Shown here one piece after another: positions 33,439-44,156 of a stretch of DNA of 64,000 nt. The stretch comes from Octopus bimaculoides (taxonomy: Eukaryota). Position 1 is the stretch's first letter. Each line of letters opens with the position of its first letter. The stretch is from the NCBI RefSeq assembly GCF_001194135.2, contig NC_068993.1, positions 61,583,896 through 61,647,895 on the forward strand, given 5' to 3'. The notes below the pieces were generated by a model. It was not told the DNA's origin, ran no database searches, and saw only the letters and a list, made by a program, of their open reading frames with translations. A program made the translations under genes and the position numbers.

Positions 33439-33503
<65 letters not shown>

Positions 33504-36500
33504 ACACAGAGTTTTATAGTATTTATTTTAAATTACATTCTAAAGTAAATGTTTCATACTTACTTGTCTGACAATACACCAAATAATAAATTTCCCAGCA
33601 TAAAGCCTGCAAACATTGTAGAGAATGCAATGTTTCTCATCCAATCTCTTTCGCAAGTCAAATCGAACTTAGAAAAAAAAAGCAAAAAAAAAAACAGAGA
33701 GAGAGAATGACTTTTTGAATAATATAATTGGTGAAACGCACTTATAAAATTATTAAAAAAAAAAGCAGTTAAAAAGAGTGTAAAAGTATACAGCGAAGGC
33801 ACGTTGCTCAGTGGTTAGAGCGTCGGGTTCGTAATTGTGAGGTTATGAGTTCGATTTCTTGACCAGGTCGTATGTTATGTTCTTGATCAAAATACTTCAC
33901 TTCACGTTGCTTCAGTTCACTCAGCTATAATGTGTTGTGACATCATTGGTGCCAAGCTGTACCGATCTTTACTTTTCTCTTGGACATCAATGGCATGGAG
34001 AGGAGAGACTAGAATGCATAGACTACTGCTGGTCTTCCACAAAATAACCTTGCTCGGACTTGTGCCTCGAAGGGGAACTTTCTAGGTGCAATCCCAATTT
34101 AATAATACTTAATCTGTATTTCACAGTTATCATTTTTATCAACTGCTCAAATTTATCTGACATCATAATTCTTTAAATTTGATGCTACCTGATAATTATC
34201 GGTCGTTCAATTTTGTGAAAAAAAAAATGTGTTGAATTGACAAATCAGGAAGAGGGCGAGTATTGAATGATGCACAATAAAAATTCTCAGAGTTGAAATT
34301 TGTTGCTTAGTTAAAGAAAGAAAACAAAGCAAAAAAAAACAAAAAAAAACAACGCAATAAGTATTCGTGATTCTCAAAAAAAAAAAAAGACATTTCTTAA
34401 TTTCAAATTAAGTATTAATTACAGAGAATAATTAAGCTTCATGTCTATCTGGAAATTTTTTTCTTCGTTAGCTGTTAAGTTGACAGCTACAAAAGCTTCA
34501 ATCATACTGAATATCATATTTTCATCAGCTTTGCTCGATAAGTGGACATAAGTTTTACATGTACAAAAAGGAACAAAAAAAAATGAAAACGAGCAGCTAG
34601 CCAGTCAGAGTTTATATGATTACAAATAAGCTGCTTTATCTAATTTCTGACGGTTACCTTTTTGGTACATTTCTTTTTCTTATACTTTTCGACCTTTCAT
34701 ATACTTTTTCGCTTTACAACATTCGATAAAAATCTCATTTATATAACACTCATAATTCTAAAATTTTTTTTTTACATCTTAAATAGATATTTGCAAAGAT
34801 TTTTCTTCGTGTGAATCAGTAAATGGACAATTATCAACGATACCTTCAAGAATATTCGAATAGTTGAGACGCCGTTTGTTGGTCATGAAGTAATACTTAT
34901 CTATGTGAGAAACAAAGACATTTTAAACAACCAAATCAGAACTACTCACCTCAGAAACTATAGTTGACATATCCTCAGTGTAAAACTTTCGACCGTTATT
35001 ACACGGTTCCTTTGTAGAATTACTGGTGGGAAGGGTATAAAATCCTTCTTTAGTATCCAGGTTATACACAGAACATTTCTCCTCTTCAACCTTCACTTTA
35101 TTTAATAATTCATCCAAAGTGATATTTGGTGGGATCATAGATTCATTGAAATTTGACGGATAGCAATCAAAGGGAATCATCTCTTTTATAAACACCATAC
35201 TCAATACTGTTTGGGCGTAAAATATTGCAAATATTGAATTAAAGATAGTAAGTCCCTTTTGAAATCGACCAAATCCACCACATTTCTGTAATATTTCCTC
35301 AGTAATTTCAGATGTTGGTAAATCTAAATCTGTAAAGGTAAATAAGAAAAATCAATTCCATAAAGAATTTCTAAATGTTTACTGCATACTTTACGGCAGT
35401 GGGAGCGGCGTCTCAACTTTTTCCCCCTTCGTAATTTGAGATGCATATAGGATATCAGGACTGAAGCCAACACCGAAGCCCTCAACCGTGCCAAGATACC
35501 CGGTGCGCTCACCGTGCTCCAGCAGCGTCGTTTGAGCTGGCTCGGTCATGTACATCGCACGCCGGACGGGAGGGTCCCAAAAGACCTCCGTCTGTGTGGG
35601 GAATTGACCACAGGCACAAGAACACGAGGATAACTGCATCTTCGTTTCAAGGACATCTGGAATAGAGATATGAAGTCGTTTGATGTGGACATCTTGAGAT
35701 TGGAGGAGGTCGCAAATGATCGCCCGCGCTGGAGACAAATACTGCGAAAGGGGATAAAGCGAGCTGTAGAAAAACAGGAACTCGCCACCAAAGAAAAGCG
35801 CTCTCGATGGAAAGAAAAATCAGTAGCGCCGGTAGAGAGCTCCTTCAAACGTAGTCGCTCTATGCGTGACTGCTAATCCCGTGTGGATCTCTAGAGCCAC
35901 AGAAGACGCTGCACCCCCATCAGCAGCTGACGCAATTTCTTCGGTTGCAGGTCCATAGTTTCTCGAGACCGACGGATGCCTACCACTATCCGCGCACAAT
36001 AATGCTTATGAATTATTAGAATTCAATGTATTGAAGCTAGTAACAAATCTAAGTATTGTGGTGAAACACTGGCAGTCGACTGAATGCAGTCCAGAGTATA
36101 ACTGCCTTCTGACATTGTTTTTTCTGAGCACCAGAGGGATTTAAAACAAGATCCACTCTAGCGAATGTAAATGTTGTACGTAAAGTAATATACTCTAAGA
36201 AAGAATCATTCCAGAATTTTACAGTCTCTGAGTAGTAATACCTTCAATGTATCATAACAATATAAAGTAAAACATGTAATGACATTGATGACCAAGTGAC
36301 AAAGATGGTTAATGTTCAATCAAGTAAATGAAAATGAGAAAAAATAAATTTTGTTATATGAGTGCGTATTACGTATGTGCCAGATTACGTTAATAATGCA
36401 CAATGAGACCAATATAGTATGCCATTAATTTAAAAGACGAGATTAGAAGCGTTGCTGTTACACTGTAATATCTAATGTGAGCATATTATGATGTAAGTGG

Positions 36501-36830
36501 AAAACCTGCAGCCCTGTACCATTTGGCAGCATTATCATTTCATTGATATTTAGGTTTATAAAAGCAAGTCATTCAGTAGAGAAAAAGAATGTGTTACTGA
36601 AAATATAAGCAGATGTTGAAAAACAGTTGCTTAAAATGAAAATAAATTAACTGCAGAATTTAATGTAATGGGATTATGGTAGCACTTTTAAAATATATAA
36701 AATAATATACGTGTACATAAACACACTAAAACTGAGAGAAATGCAAAGAACAGAAAATATTCAAACCTTTGAGTTCCTGAGAAGCAAATTCCTCATTTGC
36801 TTCTTTCTGATTATTTGGCTTATTTTCCAT
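28204..36830 (-). CDS. SLC22/Orct-like organic ion transporter, paralogue G3 (9 coding exons, about 562 aa)
   Basis: Exons in transcript order 36830-36767, 35323-34950, 33667-33564, 32569-32415, 32061-31890, 30554-30267, 30072-29858, 28838-28730, 28411-28204. GT-AG introns; 1689 nt in frame. Motifs FDLTC, GVLSDKFGR, YLPESPRW, ELFPTEVR, LPEMK. An alternative CAG acceptor 6 nt upstream of exon 2 would add two residues. Confidence 0.93.
29302..29510 (+). mobile_element. SINE family A in G3 intron 7 with a perfect 16-bp TSD
   Basis: AATATTCAGTCTTAGA at 29281-29296 and 29511-29526. Confidence 0.9.
33798..34095 (+). mobile_element. Second tRNA-derived SINE family (CORE-like body) in G3 intron 2
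   Basis: tRNA-like head GCTCAGTGGTTAGAGCGTCGGGTTCGTAA..GAGTTCGATT, followed by TTCTTGATCAAAATACTTCACTTCACGTTGCT (CORE-like). Confidence 0.7.
35395..35985 (+). mobile_element. RTE-clade LINE 3' fragment, antisense in G3 intron 1
   Basis: QQRRLSWLGHVHR..DGRVPKDL..RFKD..DMK..DRPRWRQ..RDC*SRVDL*SHRRRC and the RTE-type tail CCATAGTTTCTCGAGACCGACGGATGCCTAC; stops and shifts present. Confidence 0.88.
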
Positions 36831-36961
36831 GTTACAGACAGTAGCTTTCCAATTGCTAACCTCACTGAACAGCGGCACCGAGAGAAATGCCTATGAAAAT
36901 AGCATGTAGCAAATAACAACGTTTCACTATAAACGATAAAATGACGTTAAAAAAAAAAATT

Positions 36962-37530
36962 ATATACGAGGTGTATTCCAGAAGTTTTGAGACTTTGTTT
37001 TAGAAGTGATAGTTATATCTGTCCTAGCTTATTGTAATTTTAATATATTCTGACTCTAAAAAGGTTACATCTAATAAGGTTACCTGCCAACTTTAGTTCT
37101 TCTTGTTTGAATGAGATGGTTGTAACAGCACTTTCAACACACCTTACTAGACACTGCTTGTCACAGCTGACCAGTTCATGAAAGCCATTTAGAAGCTCCC
37201 TATGCAGTAAAGTTTTGTGTTAAACTTGGCAAAAAAATGCTACTGAAACTTATGAAATGCTCCAGACTGGTCATGGATTAACTTGAATGAGTCGAGGAGC
37301 ATGTTTTATGCCAGCACAAGAGGCCAGACACAGCAAATTCATGGGGATCCCCTTTTCCGACAGAAAGGATATCGCCTACATCTGTTGGGCTCACTCAGAC
37401 CAGACGGTCAACAAAGAGTATTTTGTGGTATTTTGTGGAATTCTGAACAGTTCTCTCTGCTTCAAACTTATCTCTAATTCCAATGTTGGTCAGTCACGAA
37501 AAATAAATAGATATGAAACTTTCCCATAAA
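36962..37530 (+). mobile_element. Decayed, internally deleted mariner upstream of G3 exon 1
   Basis: TA-CGAGGTGTATTCCAGAAGTTT TIR-like start; YAVKFCVKLGK..ATETYEMLQT; QTVNKEYF. Confidence 0.75.
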
Positions 37531-37719
37531 CTCCCATTGCACTTCGACAATATTTTCAAACGTTCAATAACATTTTAAAATAAATTTCATTAGTTCAAAT
37601 CTGAGCCTGACTCTCTTCATTATTTTTAATGGCTTAAATCTAAAAAGAAACTAGAATTAACAACTTACTCTTTGTTAAACTGTGTATGTATAATTCTGAG
37701 CAACCCTGCATATTTGTTT

Positions 37720-37776
<57 letters not shown>

Positions 37777-37832
37777 GATATATATTATTAATTGATAGTA
37801 GGAGATGAATTTTGTATTAGACTTTTATTAGG

Positions 37833-37875
37833 TGCAACACACGTTTCGACCCATCAATCTGGGTCTCTTCAGGCA
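37833..37875 (-). ncRNA. Minimal hammerhead-ribozyme-like motif
   Basis: TGC CTGAAGA GACCC AGATTGAT GGGTC GAAA C GTGT G TT GCA: intact core, 5-bp stem II, 3-bp stem I. Confidence 0.5.
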
Positions 37876-39142
37876 TATATTCGAACGTCTTAAATTTCCG
37901 CTACACTTTCCATATAGACTTCTTGTTTTCTCTGCAAGTTATTTCATTCGTCACCTCTTAACATATGTCAACGGAACTCAAGGGATGCAATTCTTGAAAT
38001 TCTTGCAGCAACGTTCATGTAACAATCAAGGCAAAGTTGCGTTCTCTTCTGCATATGATTCGTGAAATATGTGCTTGTTTATATCACCAAACGTGTGTGC
38101 ATTATTTGGATTGAGAGGTTCAGTAGAGACAACTTTGTCGATTAGTTGCCATGTGTTGTGATTTTTTTTCAGTTCTAAAAAGAAATTGCCAATAACCTCT
38201 TTTCTTGGAATTCACATGGGCCGTTACATTTCTATACACAGATTTGAAATTTGTAGATGTTGCTACCGCTCCAGTTTGGAAACTGGTGCATGTTATACCA
38301 GAACATCTTTAGCTGTTCAATCTACAATTTTATCATAATTTCTTCCCATGTTAGATCGCAGGTAAATTTGAAAAATAATGTTAGTTTTTCCAAATTTTTT
38401 CACAAGAAGTAATAAATACTATAGATATAAAAATATTTGTCTCATACGCACAACAAAAAATTACTTTTTATCTTATTGTAATATTCTTATAAATACGAGT
38501 ATGTATTGTGTATATCTAATGTAAAATATACACAATATATTATATAGTGGCACTTTATATAATCAAGATTCTGCTTTCATTATTGAGATGTGCCTCTCTG
38601 GCTGATATGAAGAAAACTTGGCTGCTATTACTTGTAGTTCGAGTAGCCACACAAAAGCTTTTACACTTGTGAATACGTTTGAGTACGTTATTAATATTTT
38701 TGTAAGTTAATGATATTTTTGAATGTGAAAGCGAATTTAGTTTTGTGATAAGTTTTGTCCACATTTTATCGCTAAATATTAATGAAATTTTCCCGATAAT
38801 GAATGATTTGGTGACTTTTAAAAATTTCACAGTCATTGTATATTAATGAATAATTAAGGATTCAGGTGATTCGTCTCTCTTACAAACGGTTGAGTCGGCT
38901 GTTCTTCTGAGTGAATGTCTGTGTAAAATAGCTTATCTATTTAAAAAATAAATCATTTCAACTGATAGAATGATCAGTATTCAATAAATCGAAACACCTT
39001 TACAGCAGAATTGCCATTTTCACTCTCTCAAGTCTTTAGTACATCTGCCGCCATTTTTATTACCGTTCTTTTTCTTCCTCTAGTCCCCACCGATTAAGAA
39101 AAAAGAACTTGAACAAAAGCAGAATACAGACCTTATCTTTCG

Positions 39143-39510
39143 AGACCGACCACACGTCGCACAACTGACCCTGCAGAAGTTGAACGAATTGGGCAACGAA
39201 ACTTTGCCTCATCCGCCATACTCACCAGACCTCTCGCCTACCGACTACCACTTTTTCAAGCATATCGACAACTTCCTGCGTGAGAAATGCTTCAAAAACC
39301 AAGACGATGCCAAACACGCCTTCAACGACTTCATCGCCACCGGAACGCAGGATTTCTACGCTAATGGCATAAATAAACTTGTTTTGCGTTGGCAAAAGTG
39401 TGGTGATTGTGATGGTATTTATTGCGATTAATAAAGTTTTGTTTGAGCTGAGATATGTGCATCTGAATTTAAAGGTTAAAAACCGTAAGAACTTTCTTGA
39501 CAACCTAATA
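39143..39510 (+). mobile_element. Mariner (Hsmar1/cecropia-like) 3' fragment
   Basis: RPHVAQLTLQKLNELGNETLPHPPYSPDLSPTDYHFFKHIDNFL..LVLRWQKC, and a right TIR AAAACCGTAAGAACTTTCTTGACAACCTAATA. Confidence 0.92.
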
Positions 39511-39649
39511 GATGGTATACTTGATCTGTCTCTGATGAAACACATTCACCTGACACCTTGGCTGTGCGATAGAGGTATTATGAACATTGTCTTTCCTCTG
39601 GACTAAAAACTGAAAGGAATTCTGATCCTTCTAGAAGGTTTGGGCATGT

Positions 39650-40030
39650 TGCGCAATTCGGTCGACCATATTTCTTCACTTTTATGTCCGTTACTTTAGA
39701 AAGGGACAAAAATTCAAAATCAAATCTGACTTTACTTGTGCCTCAGAAAACCTGATTTATATTATAAGATGCTCGGGCTGCCACCAAAACTACATAGGGT
39801 CCACCGGATTATCGCTCAGACGCAGATGCACTCTGCACCGACAGCAGATTGCATTCCCAGAATACAGAGTGAACAAATTGAGAAATGCGCAAAATAACTG
39901 CTACCACAATTTGTAATCTTTCCATTTTATCAATATGCCATTGGAACACCAACACAAGTTAGATTAAATAAGGAAACCTACTTCATCGAAAAATATAAGC
40001 CATTTCTAGCAATTTTAAATAAAGAAACTT
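39650..40030 (+). mobile_element. Penelope-like element GIY-YIG endonuclease fragment
   Basis: KGQKFKIKSDFTCASENLIYIIRCSGCHQNYIGSTGLSLRRRCTLHRQQI, with the CxxC motif between GIY and YIG. It is too short to appear in the ATG-based ORF track. Confidence 0.85.
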
Positions 40031-40391
40031 ACTCATTGAAAAAAATATAAAGCAAAACTTAACCACTTATAACATTCTGTTCTTTCTAAACCAAATCAGG
40101 TTAAATTAATAAAACTTAGTCATTCTCAACATTTTGATTATCTCCCTTATACCGAAAAAATCCCTGATTACCTTTCCCTGTCTGAAACTCTCATACTTCA
40201 CACCATAGCGAAGAGATGACACAATATCGGTAAATAAATTTGAGAAATTTGAAAAGAAAATACGAAACCGGTTATTTCTACAAAAACAATGTTACTTTAC
40301 ACAAAATTTATAACATTTTTCTAACAACGATTAAAATATATTCTTTAACCATATAATACAAGTCTTCTATAGTTTTCACACTCTATTTTGT

Positions 40392-40435
<44 letters not shown>

Positions 40436-40974
40436 CCCTCTCACGTTCATCATTTCTTTTCTTTTTTCTCGTATATTCCGCCAATACATTCTCAGTTGCT
40501 GCACATTCTTAAAACTGAACAACTTCAACTATAAATAGATGACTGTTTATGAACTGCTTAACTTTCATAAAAATTCAATCTCTTAACGCTTGCTGTGGTT
40601 TTCTTTTCTTTTTTTTTACTATCATCATAATCTTAATACAGTTGCTGTATTCCCTCTTTCTCTCTATATTATGATTCTTGTAACTTATATTTAGCTCAAT
40701 TCTTGTCACAAGGGGGGCTGTATAAACAGCTACTGTGTGACAAGTAGCTGTTTGTGATGGTGTTCAAGTGTTTCGTCTTATCGTTTATTACTTTCAGCAG
40801 AAACTGTACTAATAAGAGAATAAACAGTATCTCATTCGCAACCAAAATATTTGTAGTTATTGCTGCTTAGCTGGAGTTTGTAAAAATATAAAAGTAGGCA
40901 TTTGTAATATGACATGTTTTAGCTACAGCTTAATATCCATATTGTAATGTTATATTTGTTACATTGTTTAATAT

Positions 40975-41092
40975 GGGGTCGATAAATTAAGTACCAGTTA
41001 CGCACTAGGGTCGATGCAATTGATTTAATTCCTTTGTCTGTCCTTGTTTGTCCCCTCTATGTTTAGCCCTTGTGGGCAATAAAAAAATAAGA

Positions 41093-41098
<6 letters not shown>
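40975..41098 (+). mobile_element. SINE family A 3' half with an alternative tail
   Basis: GGGGTCGATAAATTAAGTACCAG core plus TTTGTCTGTCCTTGTTTGTCCCCTCTATGTTTAGCCC tail; the same tail occurs inverted at 47830-47930. Confidence 0.7.
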
Positions 41099-41125
<27 letters not shown>

Positions 41126-41750
41126 TGTATTCCAACCAAATACTTTCAGTCACAGTCATCAACTGAGACGTAGTCCCGTCGTCAGATTAGAGTTGGCTCT
41201 GTTTCCAATATTCGGTGCTGATGAGATGATAACTGCTTCAAAATGCATATCTCAGTCAATCTGACCGCTCCAAACTGACCTGATGTGTTTACACCTTTTT
41301 GTCTTCGACAAAATACTGTGCATATCTTTGCGACATATTCGAACGGGTAACAAGTTCGTATCTATCTATCTATCTATCTATCTATCTACCTACCTATCTA
41401 CCTATCTATCTATCTATATATGAACTTGTTACCAGTTCGAATATGTTTGTGAGATAAAGTTTGCTTTTTCCGCTTCCGCATTAACTAATTCTGAAAAGGA
41501 TTCTATCATGAATGGAGACAGGTTCATGCTTTACAAAGAATGAATTCAGTCGAGGGCACATGGTCATAAACATCACATGGATTAGTAACGTTGGTTCATT
41601 GATTCATTGATAGTTTAAAAGTCAACTTGAAGAGAATCCTTCTACACAAAAGTTATAAATTCTGTTCTGCATCTATTGAATCTAATTTCACCATGAAAGA
41701 ATCATACAAAACTTTGATTTCTGGGAAAAGCTTTATTATTAGAAATATAA

Positions 41751-42171
41751 GGTGGTGAGCTGGTAGAATCGTTAGCACGCCAGGGAAATGCTACCGGCAT
41801 TTCGTCCGTCTCAACGTTCTGAGTTCAAATTTTGCAGAGGTCGACTTTTATCTTTTCAGGGTCGACGAAATAAGTACCAGTTGAGTACCGGAGGTTGATG
41901 TCATGGACTAGCCCCCTCCCCCAAATTCCAGGCCTTGTGCCTGTAGTAGAAAGGATTATAAGAAATATAAATGAAGTGGCTTGCTGACAGAATCTTTAGA
42001 GCGCCGGACAATGTGCTTTGCTGCATTTCTTCTGGTTCTTTATGTCCTGAGTTCAAAACCCATCTTTTGAAGGGCGATAAACTAAGATACTATTCGAACA
42101 CCGGGTCGATCTAATCGACATACGTCTGCCCCTAAATATACTGGCCTTTTACTAAAATTTGAAGCAACTTT
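41751..42171 (+). mobile_element. Two tandem SINE family A copies (41751-41958 and 41970-42171)
   Basis: Both carry the family head; TAGAAATATAA occurs at 41740-41750, 41959-41969 and 42172-42182. Confidence 0.85.
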
Positions 42172-42189
42172 TAGAAATATAAGTAGAGA

Positions 42190-42620
42190 TCTGAGGGTAA
42201 TTTTGAGTTTTCTGATGCAAGATTGAAGGAAATGCTTTTGCAGGCCTTCAGGTCAGATGATTGTCATTAATTGAGTCATATGTTAAAGGAAGTCTAAAGA
42301 TCTGTGCGACAAAGTTTAAAATGTGTTTGGAAAACCATAAGACCGAAAACTATTCTAAAATAGGCGAACTTTTTGGATTTCTTATGCACCAACGAACATT
42401 GTCATTAAAGGTTCATTTTTTGTAATCTGAGTTGGATATTTCTCGGAAAATCTTGAGGCCGTAAATGATGAAATCGGTGAACATTTTTGTCACGATGTTG
42501 GAAAAGTGTTTTTTTGGTAACTGGGGCCTTATTATACTCACTAATTAATGCTTGACTTTTCAGAGAAACGTTCCTGAGATAAAATACGGCAAAAATCAAA
42601 CCAAGCTGCTCTGTAAATTA
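42190..42620 (+). mobile_element. Putative Sola-type transposase C-terminal fragment (decayed)
   Basis: FSDARLKE..NHKTENY..SLKVHFL..SENLEAVNDEIGEHFCHD, matching the recalled SDEHGERFHQD-type motif; assignment tentative. Confidence 0.55.
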
Positions 42621-42808
42621 AATTTGTATCCCTTTGATCGTATTTTCAAAGACATGAGGCTATAGAAGTCTTTGCACTGCACGCTACACAAAAGCTGAAA
42701 CATTGAAACGGTAGAGAAATGCTTAAAAATACTAAAAGTGCAAAGTATATTTTAAAGTATTAGGTGTTCTTCGAACATGAAAATATGCTGTTTTCTTATT
42801 TCCGAGTT

Positions 42809-42884
42809 GTCACTATTAGAATTACTGTTACTATTAGAATTACTGTCACTATTAGAATTACTGTCACTATTAGTCCTACTGTCA
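42809..42884. repeat. 18-bp minisatellite, 4 units (GTCACTATTAGAATTACT)
   Basis: Units start at 42809, 42827, 42845 and 42863. Confidence 0.95.
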
Positions 42885-43660
42885 GCTTAACTGGAAATAT
42901 ACTGAAAATGCAAACTTCAAAAAGATGCATAACGTTTTGTAGTATGTAGTGTTTCACTTCCAGGTCTTCAGGAAAGTAAGCCAGCCCAGCACTTTTAATA
43001 TCGCAAGCGAGCAGACTGTGAAGTGAATAGTTTTTGAGAAATACGATACTGACTAATAGAATATTATTCTCTCCCCTTTTGAGATAGTTCTTAATGTAAT
43101 TTATTTTTGTTACTCTTACTAAGTGGATGTTTTCGACACTCAAAACATATCTACACTGATCTTAGCCAAGTTCTATCTCTTTTCTTCTGATGAACAGCGT
43201 ATCAGTATCGCTGTCTTCTGTGGTAACTTGTAATCAATGTCTGAATCTTGCAGGTGTTAATATCTTCAGAATGAATATCCTCTACAGACCAGTCAAGTAT
43301 CATACGTTTGACAAATGCATTGTGGGTTATTGTCTCGAGAAAGGAAAGCCGAGCTTTCAGCAGTGTCAATGCTATTGGTCAGGTATTTTGGAACCTTTCA
43401 TTAGCAGCAACTAAGACAACAGATACTTTTATCGGTTCCAACATTATAGCTACTAGGAATGGAGAACAGGGTAGTATACTTTTCTATAATCAAGCCATGC
43501 TACCACGAGATTTCCGTCGCGTTTTCTTATTCCCAAAATATATTTGCCAAGAGTTGTTCTGTACATGTATCTACAGTTCCTTCTGCTTATATTCTATAAT
43601 CATCTTTCTCGAGTCAGTTCTATCAGTTTTGAATGGAGGTGTATAGTAACTCAGCAACAG
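42885..43660 (-). mobile_element. Heavily deleted R4/Dong-like non-LTR retrotransposon (RT and C-terminal remnants)
   Basis: The minus strand reads KRDGNLVVAWLDYRKVY (cf. NLxxAWIDYxKAYD) and SDTDTLFIRRKE..GLRSV (cf. DxDRLYxxRKxGGRGL). Confidence 0.6.
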
Positions 43661-44156
43661 TGATGATGGCAGCGTCGGTTTGTTTATATTTCAATTGTTT
43701 TTTTTTCTTATAACATATTTTGGCTAGTTTTGAATGACTTAAAAAAAAACTGATTAGCATCAGTGGGATTGGAATAAGAACTGTTATCCGAGACAAACAT
43801 TTTTCGGCCAAAAGAAAATGCTAGTTATCAAAGCTTGTTTACCTTTGAAGTGGTTTAAGTTTGGGAGAGCTTTATCCTCGTGGCTTTCTAGTTGCTCCTA
43901 GCTATAATCATTTCCACTAAACTTTTCATATAACGACACTGTAGATCTTGATTTAAATAAAAAGGCCCAGGAAACTGAAAAAAATACGATGTCTTAGACA
44001 GCAGAGAGCTTAGATAATATTTGTGTATTTGTGTGCGTGTGATAGAGTTTTAGTGAGAGGTACCAAATGCCACATTTTCAAAAGCTCTATCGCACACATA
44101 GATGGATAGATGATTCTCAAGGTAATTCCTCACAGCGAAGTCGTTTAAAACAAACT

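Noticed and set aside
33800-33870. tRNA-like sequence with a CGT anticodon-like loop
   Set aside because: The acceptor and T stems are degenerate and it continues into a CORE-like SINE body; it is a SINE head, not a tRNA gene.
37880-38420. Possible Penelope RT remnant next to the 37833 hammerhead
   Set aside because: Only a WIERF-like patch is recognisable, with many stops; cannot be assigned by eye.
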